This document shows, piece by piece, positions 1 to 7,301 of a stretch of 64,000 bases of DNA. Each line of letters begins with the position of its first letter. The stretch's first letter is position 1. Where the stretch lies: the NCBI GenBank assembly GCA_963695225.1, contig OY968762.1:896001-960000 (forward strand). The letters are read 5' to 3'. Source of the DNA: Vulcanimicrobiota bacterium. GTDB taxonomy: Bacteria; Vulcanimicrobiota; Vulcanimicrobiia; Vulcanimicrobiales; Vulcanimicrobiaceae. The translations under genes and the position numbers were made by a program. Under the pieces are notes generated by a model that had not been told where the DNA came from, searched no databases, and saw only the letters and a program-made list of their open reading frames with translations.

Positions 1-1
1 G

Positions 2-382
2 ATCGTTGTGGTGACGGCCGTGCTCATCGAGACGCCTTTGCCGCGCAATGCCTCGCAGCCGCCGACCTTGGCGACATCGTTCAGCGTGCGCGACATCAAC
101 GTGCAGGTGACGGCGGTTTCGGCGGAGAGACGCGTGTGGACCCTGCGCGTCAGCGGCAGCGCTGCGGGCGGCACGACGGTTCCGCTCGACGGTGTCGATG
201 TTGCGGTACGCGAGAGGCGGCGCAACATCGGTCCACTCGTCGTGCCGATGACGCGCGAGGCCTCCGGCGCCTTTAGCGGTCGCGTGACCTTGCCGTTCGG
301 CGGTGCGTGGAGCGCATCCGTCAGCGCGCGCAGCGGCGCCTTCGACGAGAATCATCGCACCTTCTCGCTCACGGGAGAGTAA
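2..382 (+). CDS. C-terminal part of a probable CopC/CopD-type copper-resistance protein with YtkA/FixH-like C-terminal domain (5'-truncated by window edge)
   Basis: End of a TM helix (IVVVTAVLIETPLPR), then an Ig-like tail (GAFSGRVTLPFGGAWSASV). Directly upstream of a YcnI gene. Confidence 0.55.
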   Translation: MVVVTAVLIETPLPRNASQPPTLATSFSVRDINVQVTAVSAERRVWTLRVSGSAAGGTTVPLDGVDVAVRERRRNIGPLVVPMTREASGAFSGRVTLPFGGAWSASVSARSGAFDENHRTFSLTGE

Positions 383-385
383 CCC

Positions 386-898
386 ATGATCGCTCGTTCA
401 TTTGCCGTCGCCTGCGCGACGGCGCTCCTCATCTCTGCGGCGCCGGCGGGCGCCCACGTGACGCTCGCACCGGCGACCTTGCCGGCAGGCGCGGAGGACG
501 AGATCACGTTTCGGGTTCCGAACGAGAACCCGAACGTCGCAACGACCAAGCTCGTCGTGCAGCTTCCCGCCGACGATCCGATCGCCTCGGTGAAAGTGCG
601 CGCGTTACCGGGTTGGCGCAGCACCGTCACGCTGCGGAAGCTCGCCGTTCCTCTCCACACGGACGACGGCGTGATCGCGGCGGCCGTTTCCACGATCACG
701 TGGGAAGGCGGCAAAATCGGTCCCGGCGAGTATCAGGATTTCGCAATTCTCGCCGGCCCGATTCCATCGCGCTCACACGAGCTCGCGTTCAAGGCGATTC
801 AAACGTACGCGAACGGCGACGTCGTGCGCTGGATCGAACTGCGACGCGCCGGCGAGCCTGAGCCCGAGCACCCTGCCCCGGTCCTCCGCGTTCGCTGA
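386..898 (+). CDS. YcnI-family (DUF1775) copper-binding protein
   Basis: Signal peptide ending AGA-HVT; motifs FRVPNE, ITWEGG, YQDF, QTYANGDVVRW, HPAP. Confidence 0.85.
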   Translation: MIARSFAVACATALLISAAPAGAHVTLAPATLPAGAEDEITFRVPNENPNVATTKLVVQLPADDPIASVKVRALPGWRSTVTLRKLAVPLHTDDGVIAAAVSTITWEGGKIGPGEYQDFAILAGPIPSRSHELAFKAIQTYANGDVVRWIELRRAGEPEPEHPAPVLRVR

Positions 899-1022
899 TA
901 CGTTCGGGCGCTACAACGTCGAGCATCTTCAGCGCCGGCTCGAGGCCGACGGCTTGACATTGCCATCGCGCGAGCAGACGGCCGAGCGACTCAAGCCCGA
1001 CGAACCGTCTCGCTCCCGCCCC

Positions 1023-1844
1023 TCAAGCGCGGATGAGGTTGGCCCGCACGAGGAGCGAGCGGTCCGAGAGGATCCGTTGCGCGGAGCCCTCCGCGACGAT
1101 GCGGTGAAGTTCGTCTAAGACGTAGACGCGATCGGCCGTCGCTTCGACGACCGCCAAGTCATGGGTCGACAGGACGACCGTCTTCCCGGCACTCCCTTGG
1201 CGATTGATGAAATCGATCAGCCACGAGACGCTGCGCGAGTCCAATCCGGCTGAAGGCTCGTCCAACATCCACACGTCAGGCGATAGGCTGAGCACCGACG
1301 CCAACGCGACTTGCTTTTTCTCTCCGCCGGATAGCTGGTGCGGCGGACGGTCGCGCAGTTTCTCGATATTCAGGGAAAGCAGTGCTTCTTCGACCCGGCC
1401 GGCCACTTCGCTTCGATCGATGCCCAACTGGAGCGGCCCAAAAGCAATCTCGTCCCAAACGGTCGGCATGAACAACTGCGCGTCGCTGTCTTGAAAAACG
1501 AATCCGACCCGCGAACGAAAATCGAAATTGAAGCGATCGTCGCGCAAGGCTTGTTCGGATAAGATCCGCCCGAAAGCTCTGACCGTGCCGCTGCCGGCGA
1601 AGTACAAGCCGTCGAGAATCTTCAGCAGCGTGCTCTTTCCCGAGCCGTTCGCCCCGAGGATCGCCAGTTTCTCGCCGCGACGGATCGTGAGATCGATGTG
1701 CTCCAAGGCCGAGATCCGGTCGTTGTAGAGATAGCACAGATCCTCGACTTCAAATACGAGCTCGCTGCCGATAGGCACGTCTGCGGTCTCCGATCGATCC
1801 GTGGGGAGCACCCGATTCGCCACTCGCATCGCGTCAGCGCCCAA
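1023..1844 (-). CDS. cbiO: ECF-type Ni/Co transporter ATPase (alternative start ATG 1829)
   Basis: Walker A GANGSGKST, Q-loop VFQDSDAQLF, LSGGEKK, LDEP; in operon with cbiQ and cbiM. Confidence 0.9.
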   Translation of the reverse strand: MGADAMRVANRVLPTDRSETADVPIGSELVFEVEDLCYLYNDRISALEHIDLTIRRGEKLAILGANGSGKSTLLKILDGLYFAGSGTVRAFGRILSEQALRDDRFNFDFRSRVGFVFQDSDAQLFMPTVWDEIAFGPLQLGIDRSEVAGRVEEALLSLNIEKLRDRPPHQLSGGEKKQVALASVLSLSPDVWMLDEPSAGLDSRSVSWLIDFINRQGSAGKTVVLSTHDLAVVEATADRVYVLDELHRIVAEGSAQRILSDRSLLVRANLIRA

Positions 1845-2679
1845 ACCAGATCGCCGCGGCGACGACGAGGCTCACGGCCAGGGCCGATGCCCAATCGCGC
1901 TGCTGCATGTGAAAACGGTCGATCGTGCGGGGGTAGCCTCGATATCCGCGCGATTCCATCGCTAGATACACCTCGCTGCTCAGTTGCAGGGATTTCCCGA
2001 GCAAGGTCGCCGAAGTCGCAGCGATCATGCGGCGCTCTTCCGCTCCGCTCATTCGCCTCAGCACGCGGCTCTTACGCGAGAGGAACATGTCGGCGGCGCT
2101 ATGCAGCAGGAGATGGATGTAACGATACGTCATCCCCAGTACGAGCACGATCACGTCGGGGACGCGCAGGACGCCGAGCGCCCTCAAGACATTGTTCCAG
2201 GGAGTCGACAAGACGAACAAGACGGCGAACGAGACCGATGTGCCGACCCGCAACAGCAGGAAGAGCGCGGTCATCGCGCCGGTTCGCGTGATCGCGGTCC
2301 CAAACGGCAGATGGACGAGGATCGGGCCTGGTGTGATGAACAGCGCCGGCAGCGCAACGATGCCGGTAAAAAACGGGATGAACAGCCAAACCCGCTTGAT
2401 GAAGAACCCCAGCGGCACCGCCGACGCTGCGGCGAGGATCAAGGCGAAGCAATAGAGTGCAACGAGGACTGTAATCTCGCGGGATAGGCTGACCGCGAAC
2501 AGGAGCATGACCAGCGCGATCGCCTTGAGGCGCGGATCCAACGCCTGAAGCAACCCCTTCTGCCGCGCGATCGTCTCGGCAAAGACGGTTTGCTCGAGCG
2601 TATCGTTGATGTCGATCAGCGTGCGTTCGATGATCCCGTTCGGGCTCGCCGAACCGGAGCGCCGGACGGCCTCGCTCAC
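1834..2679 (-). CDS. cbiQ: ECF-type Ni/Co transporter T component
   Basis: LDPRLK, MTYRYI and AMESRGY motifs; multiple TM helices. Confidence 0.9.
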   Translation of the reverse strand: MSEAVRRSGSASPNGIIERTLIDINDTLEQTVFAETIARQKGLLQALDPRLKAIALVMLLFAVSLSREITVLVALYCFALILAAASAVPLGFFIKRVWLFIPFFTGIVALPALFITPGPILVHLPFGTAITRTGAMTALFLLLRVGTSVSFAVLFVLSTPWNNVLRALGVLRVPDVIVLVLGMTYRYIHLLLHSAADMFLSRKSRVLRRMSGAEERRMIAATSATLLGKSLQLSSEVYLAMESRGYRGYPRTIDRFHMQQRDWASALAVSLVVAAAIWFGR

Positions 2680-3800
2680 TTGCCGGTCAAGATTTCAGAT
2701 TGCGGTTCCCGGCCGCCGGTAGCGAGCATGCCGAACAGCCAGACGACGCCGACGATCGTCACCACTCCCACCGCCGCCGAGAGAATGTAACCGATCCCCG
2801 CATTCCCTAACGCGGGCACGTCATAGTCGGCCATCGGGGCGGACCACAGCCCCGAGAGCTGCGCGAACCCTTTGGGGATGAACGGCAGCCCGCGGCTCTT
2901 GAGTTCTTCAGCCCCCCATTCGCCCCACGCGGTGCCGGGAGCGAGCAAACCGATCGGCGTGATGACGATCAGCGCGGCGAGCCCCGCCCATAAAGCGCGC
3001 CACTTGGCAAGGACGATTGCTTCCGGCGCAAGCTGGGGATTGACGGTTGCCAGCGCCGATGCGTTCGCCCTGATGAGATACGCCACCACGAGCGCGCTCA
3101 CCAAGCCTTCCACGACGGAGGCGATCAGCGCATGCGGGATGACCATCGCCGGAATCGAGACGGAGAGGGGATAGGGCGCGTAGAGCGGCGTGCCGTCGGC
3201 CGTATGCCACAGCAACGGCTGGACCCCAAATTCGACGGCCGCGAAGAACGAGGCGATCGTCAGGCCCGCCCAACCGCCGATCGCCGCACCCACGATACGC
3301 CGTTTCGAATTCAGCGCCTCATTTTTGGAGAAGGCCTGGTAGACGGCAAAGCTGACATACGGGAGCACGACGGCCATGTTGAAGCTGTTGGCACCGAGCG
3401 CTAGAATGCCGCCGTCCCCAAAGAAGAACGCTTGAATCACGAGAGCGACCGTAACGGCGATCGTTGCGATCTCCGGGCCGAGGATGATCGCCGCCAAGGC
3501 GCCGCCGACGGCATGCCCGGTGGTTCCGCCCGGGAGGGGCACGTTGAACATCATGAGCACGAAAGAAAACGCCGCGAACAGAGCCACGATCGGTATGTTC
3601 CTGGCAGAGACTCGCTCGCGCAGCTTTTGCACGCCCCTGATCCAAAACGGCAGGACCAGTGCGAACATGAGGAGGCAGGTGACGGGGCTGAGATAGCCGT
3701 CGGGGATATGCATCGCCGTCGTGCAGACGCAAACGCCGGCGAGCGCATAATACGAAAGCATCCAGCGTGGAAACCTATCGATCTCGCGCGACATGAGCAC
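2676..3800 (-). CDS. cbiM: ECF S component CbiM/NikM fused to a NikN/PDGLE-like C-terminal domain; mature N-terminus MHIPDG at 3713
   Basis: MHIPDGYL, GTTGH and FFGDGG motifs; C-terminal AWGEW...APMADY domain; GAGGG SD before GTG 3800. Confidence 0.9.
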   Translation of the reverse strand: MLMSREIDRFPRWMLSYYALAGVCVCTTAMHIPDGYLSPVTCLLMFALVLPFWIRGVQKLRERVSARNIPIVALFAAFSFVLMMFNVPLPGGTTGHAVGGALAAIILGPEIATIAVTVALVIQAFFFGDGGILALGANSFNMAVVLPYVSFAVYQAFSKNEALNSKRRIVGAAIGGWAGLTIASFFAAVEFGVQPLLWHTADGTPLYAPYPLSVSIPAMVIPHALIASVVEGLVSALVVAYLIRANASALATVNPQLAPEAIVLAKWRALWAGLAALIVITPIGLLAPGTAWGEWGAEELKSRGLPFIPKGFAQLSGLWSAPMADYDVPALGNAGIGYILSAAVGVVTIVGVVWLFGMLATGGREPQSEILTGK

Positions 3801-3874
3801 AGTCCCTCGCTACGCCCCGGGTTGTTGAGGACGGAACGATATGACTCGCGCTTTGGATTGCCTGCCGCTTAGGC

Positions 3875-3889
3875 GTCTACATTGTAGAC
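3875..3889. promoter_or_regulatory. Perfect palindrome GTCTACA-T-TGTAGAC upstream of cbiMQO, candidate operator
   Basis: 7-1-7 inverted repeat in an AT-richer patch 75 bp upstream of the cbiM start. Confidence 0.45.
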
Positions 3890-4009
3890 AATTACGCCTC
3901 GTCACTCTGAGCCTTCCGCATCCCATGCCTCCCTGCACCTGACCTTGGCGTGCGACATGTCTCGTGCGAGACGGGGCCACCGGCAAGAGATTCAGAGCGA
4001 TGTAGAGAG

Positions 4010-4370
4010 GAATCTTCACATTGCGGTGCTCCGTGGGCGTCTCGAGCCCCGCGGTTGCATGGCGGCTCGCGATCGCGGCGAGCCGCCGGCGCAGCGTCGA
4101 GAGCGAGAGCCCCGGCGTCTCCGGGCGCCGCGTGCACGCGATCGCCGGAGCGACTACGCCGCGTTCTCGCGGCTTTGAGATCAAGGGCGCGCGGGGAGCA
4201 CCTCGAGGCCGTGCTGAGTGCAAAGCGCCCCGAAGTCGGCAAAATCCTGCGCGTAGGCCCGTTCCGTTGCCGGTGCGAGGTCCGCGGTCGCAAGTTCGAC
4301 GTCGACGGCGCGCGCGAGCTCCACGAGCGCCACTGACGCCGATTCGGCGTCTATCGCGGGCGCTAGGGAG
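4010..4370 (-). pseudogene. Truncated, frameshifted Cre-like tyrosine recombinase (N-terminal core-binding domain)
   Basis: LAPATERAYAQDFADFGALCTQHGLEVLPARP* in one frame continues as GLSLSTLRRRLAAIASRHATAGLETPTEH in another frame. No catalytic domain. Confidence 0.75.
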
Positions 4371-4509
4371 CCCGCCCTTCCGGGAAGTCGTCCGCGCCTT
4401 TCCACGCCCTCTTCTACCTGAAAAGGTCTCGCACGAGCAACGCTCAATCCCAAAGCCAAAGCGAAGTCAAACATCCGGCAGCATATAAACCAAGCAGGCA
4501 CACCAAACC

Positions 4510-4869
4510 ATGAATACTTCGGAGCACCGGGATCGCAAGGACGAACCCATCGACGACGTCGCGATGGCCATCCTGGAGATGGGCCGTCTCGCCGCGTCGC
4601 GGCTTGACGCGCGTACCATGGAGCTCTTCAAGGCCGATCTCGAACGCCGTATCGCCCAACGTGGGGAGCACTCCTACTTCAGGCAATGGCTCAGCATCCT
4701 CGATCGAGGCATCCCCGCTGTTGCCGAGGTTCTCAGTACGGATTCCGAACGTGGCCGCTACCTGCGGTCGGTCATCTCTCTGGCTTCGCTCGTCTCGCAA
4801 GCGGAACGCGACGACATCTTCCGTCGCATACTCCGCCGCGACCGAAGCCAAGAGAGAAGCCGTGCGTAA
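4510..4869 (+). CDS. Hypothetical helical protein, putative antitoxin/partner of the downstream nucleotidyltransferase
   Basis: 119 aa, overlaps the next gene by 8 nt; W-x-x-IL...SE-x-G-x-x-LR pattern recalled from partners of DUF6036 proteins. Confidence 0.6.
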   Translation: MNTSEHRDRKDEPIDDVAMAILEMGRLAASRLDARTMELFKADLERRIAQRGEHSYFRQWLSILDRGIPAVAEVLSTDSERGRYLRSVISLASLVSQAERDDIFRRILRRDRSQERSRA

Positions 4870-5470
4870 GGAAGAACTCTTCGAAGCCATTCTCAAGGCG
4901 GCGGAAAGAGTCGGCGCAACCGACTGGGTGGTCATTGGTTCCCAAGCCGTCCACGGCGCACTTCCAAACGCTCCGATCAGCCGCGTCGAACGTTCCGACG
5001 ATGCCGACGCCTTCCCGGTGGATTACGAAGAATGGATGTACGAGCCGCTCCACTACGAGCTGGGGTTCGACTCGGACTTCAACAAAGAAACAGGCTATTA
5101 CTTCGAGGTCGTGCGGCCGACGATGCCGCGTTTACCTAAGGGTTGGGAGCAACGCATCAAGACCGATACGATCGGCGAAATAAACGTTCGCGGGTCAAAT
5201 AGACCGGTAGCCGTAAGCTTTCCAGATCTTCACGATCTGCTCGCCGCCAAGCTCTCCGTCAAACGACCGCGTGACACCGCGTTCTTTCGACAAATTTATC
5301 GACTCGGCGTCGTGGACCAAACCCTACTCCTTCAGCGGCTGGCCGATGTCCCGAAACGTACAGAAGAACATGCCCGCAAAGGCGATGCTGCAACGCAGTA
5401 CGTTCACGATTTCTATCGTTGGCAAGAACGACTCGCCGAACGAAAGCGAGATCGCGGGCACGCGCGCTGA
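4862..5470 (+). CDS. DUF6036-like nucleotidyltransferase (putative toxin)
   Basis: GTG start; VVIGSQA...SDDAD pol-beta NTase motif, GYY, LPKGWEQR, HDLLAAKL...RPRD. Confidence 0.75.
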   Translation: MRKEELFEAILKAAERVGATDWVVIGSQAVHGALPNAPISRVERSDDADAFPVDYEEWMYEPLHYELGFDSDFNKETGYYFEVVRPTMPRLPKGWEQRIKTDTIGEINVRGSNRPVAVSFPDLHDLLAAKLSVKRPRDTAFFRQIYRLGVVDQTLLLQRLADVPKRTEEHARKGDAATQYVHDFYRWQERLAERKRDRGHAR

Positions 5471-5640
5471 CTGAGCGACGTCGACCTCGAGGCGCACGCG
5501 ATCCTGGTGCAGCGAACGATGTAAGACGACGAGGCTGGGCGGCCGCGCATCGGCACTGCGCCCAAGACGCGGGCCGGCGTCCGACTCGTCCTTCTTCCCC
5601 GGCCGCCGTGGCGATGCTGGCCAGGGCAAAAGCCGCTCGC
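5462..5640 (+). pseudogene. Fragment of a phage/ICE-type tyrosine integrase catalytic domain
   Basis: SDVDLEAHAILVQRTM*...PKTRAGVRLVLLP, with an in-frame TAA at 5522-5524 and frameshifts on both sides. Confidence 0.75.
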
Positions 5641-5681
5641 AGGCCGGCTCGACGCGTTCTTCGACTCTCACGAGCCGGCCT

Positions 5682-5713
5682 CGAATGAGGGTACGAATGA
5701 GCGAATGAGGGTA
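5682..5713 (+). repeat. Direct repeats CGAATGAGGGTA / CGAATGAG / CGAATGAGGGTA, probable integrase arm-type sites
   Basis: Exact repeats between the integrase remnant and the tRNA-Phe 3' end, preceded by an 11-bp inverted repeat at 5641-5681. Confidence 0.6.
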
Positions 5714-5748
5714 TTTGCGTCTAAAAACGGTGCATCGGCCAAGCAGCG

Positions 5749-5782
5749 AAAAAACGCCCAATCCCTGATGGGACGGGCGTTT
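5749..5782 (-). terminator. Intrinsic terminator after tRNA-Phe
   Basis: Minus strand reads AAACGCCCGTCCC-ATCA-GGGATTGGGCG-TTTTTT. Confidence 0.75.
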
Positions 5783-5788
5783 GCTAAA

Positions 5789-5861
5789 TGCCGAGAGCCA
5801 GAATCGAACTGGCGACACCAGGTTTTTCAGACCTGTGCTCTACCAACTGAGCTATCTCGGC
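5789..5861 (-). tRNA. tRNA-Phe(GAA), CCA not encoded
   Basis: Full cloverleaf GCCGAGA...TCTCGGC-A; anticodon arm CAGGT-CTGAAAA-ACCTG; TTCGA T-loop. Confidence 0.97.
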
Positions 5862-5923
5862 AGGGCCGATCCCCTGGGTTCCACAGCCGGGCTTGACTCC
5901 CTTGGCGGCCCGGCGCCCGCGAC

Positions 5924-6484
5924 CTAGCCCTGCACGCGCAGCACGCCCGCAATTTCGCGCGGCTGAGGCTTCGGCGGTGTCATCGCAGGGCGTCCCAAGT
6001 ACACGATCCCGACGATTCGGTCCTCCGCCGCCAGCCCGAGATGCGCCTTGATCGCCGGGGCGTAGGCGATCGCGCCCGTCCGCCACATCGCGCCGTAGCC
6101 GCGGGCCCAGGCCGCGAGCAAGAGGTTCTGCACCGCGGCCGCGGTCGCACCGTAATCTTCGAGCGCCGTCACCGGATCCGCGTCCGTCCGCGTGCTGATG
6201 ACCACGAGAACCGGCGCGCGCAGCGGCTTCCGCGCCTCGCGCCGCAAGAACGCCTCCCGCTCTTCTCCTTCGAGCGCGATCTCGCGCGCGAGGGCGGCCG
6301 CCCACGCCTCGCCCAAGCGCGCGCGCGCATCGCCGCGGAGCACAGTGAACGTCCACGGTTGCGTCAGCTTGTGGTTCGGCGCCCACGTCGCCGCCTCGAC
6401 GAACTCGCGCAGGTCGCTCTCCGCGACCTCGCCCTCGAGACGCCCGATGCTGCGCCTCGTCCGAATCGCCTCCAAGACGTCCAT
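5924..6484 (-). CDS. Nitroreductase family protein (YdjA-like)
   Basis: AIRTRRS, APNHKLTQPWTF, AVQNLLLAA..GYGAMWRTG; GGAGG SD. Confidence 0.9.
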   Translation of the reverse strand: MDVLEAIRTRRSIGRLEGEVAESDLREFVEAATWAPNHKLTQPWTFTVLRGDARARLGEAWAAALAREIALEGEEREAFLRREARKPLRAPVLVVISTRTDADPVTALEDYGATAAAVQNLLLAAWARGYGAMWRTGAIAYAPAIKAHLGLAAEDRIVGIVYLGRPAMTPPKPQPREIAGVLRVQG

Positions 6485-6501
6485 CCGGCCTCCGCGAACG
6501 G

Positions 6502-6532
6502 CGATGCGCCGGCCCAAGGGGCCGGCGCATCG
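6502..6532. other. 14-bp perfect hairpin between tRNA-Asp and the nitroreductase gene
   Basis: CGATGCGCCGGCCC-AAG-GGGCCGGCGCATCG. Confidence 0.7.
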
Positions 6533-6540
6533 AAAAAAGC

Positions 6541-6618
6541 TGGCGACGCTGAAGGGGCTCGAACCCTCGACCTCCGCCGTGACAGGGCGGCGCTCTAAAC
6601 CAACTGAGCTACAGCGCC
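6541..6618 (-). tRNA. tRNA-Asp(GTC)
   Basis: Cloverleaf GGCGCTG...CAGCGTC-GCCA; anticodon arm CCGCC-CTGTCAC-GGCGG. Confidence 0.97.
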
Positions 6619-6679
6619 ATGAGCGCTCGCGAAGGCTTGGGGTTAGACCCCCGGGCCGCGAGGGCCTTCCGGCGGAACG

Positions 6680-6754
6680 TGGTGGGCACGGTTGGGATTG
6701 AACCAACGACCCCCCGCGTGTGAAGCGGATGCTCTCCCACTGAGCTACGCGCCC
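6680..6754 (-). tRNA. tRNA-Val(CAC)
   Basis: Cloverleaf GGGCGCG...CGTGCCC-ACCA; anticodon loop TTCACAC. Confidence 0.97.
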
Positions 6755-6868
6755 ACGTTCCGCACGCCCGGTGCGACGGCAAACCTTTGCCCAGCATCCC
6801 GCGCTTCCTGCACTGGCCCGCACGCGCCGTTGCCGGGTCTCGCAGGCGGGCGCTCGAAGGAAGCCCCC

Positions 6869-7297
6869 ATGTTGGAGGGCTTTCGGTACATCCACCGCCG
6901 CCGCGTCGAACTCTGCGATACCGACATGATCGGTCACGTCAACAACCTGGCCTACCTTCGCTGGTGCGAGACCGCCCGGTGCGAGTACTTTGCGGACGTG
7001 CTCGGCGGCTCGATCGATAGCCACCAAGGGCTGATCCAGGCGCGGATCGTCTTCGATTACGAGCGGCAGGTGGAATACCGCGACTACGTCAGCATCGGTT
7101 GCCGCATCGGGCGCATCGGGACGAAATCGTTCGACTTCGATTACGTCCTCTACAACGAGACGCGCGGGGAGGAATGCGGGCGCGGCACGGCCGTCGTCGT
7201 CGCCTACGATTACGACGCGCAATCGACGATCGTCGTCCCGGACGCCTGGCGGCAAGCCGTCGCCGCGTTCGAAACGGAGTCGGTCCCCGCCCCCTGA
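6869..7297 (+). CDS. Acyl-CoA thioesterase (4HBT/YbgC hot-dog fold)
   Basis: DTDMIGHVNNLAYLRWCETAR motif. Confidence 0.9.
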   Translation: MLEGFRYIHRRRVELCDTDMIGHVNNLAYLRWCETARCEYFADVLGGSIDSHQGLIQARIVFDYERQVEYRDYVSIGCRIGRIGTKSFDFDYVLYNETRGEECGRGTAVVVAYDYDAQSTIVVPDAWRQAVAAFETESVPAP

Positions 7298-7301
7298 GCG
7301 G

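Larger units (their letters stand above)
1..5788. mobile_element. Eroded integrative element/genomic island abutting the 3' end of tRNA-Phe (left end probably outside window)
   Basis: Two tyrosine recombinase pseudogenes, arm-type direct repeats ~75 bp from the tRNA end, a TA-like pair and metal-homeostasis cargo. No att-core duplication was seen in the window. Confidence 0.6.

Noticed and set aside
899..1022. Possible gene remnant (FGRYNVEHLQRRLEADGL...) between ycnI and cbiO
   Set aside because: No start codon context and no recognisable family; too short to support.
3801..4010. Cobalamin or NiCo riboswitch upstream of cbiM
   Set aside because: No B12-box or other conserved riboswitch elements were recognised on the minus strand.
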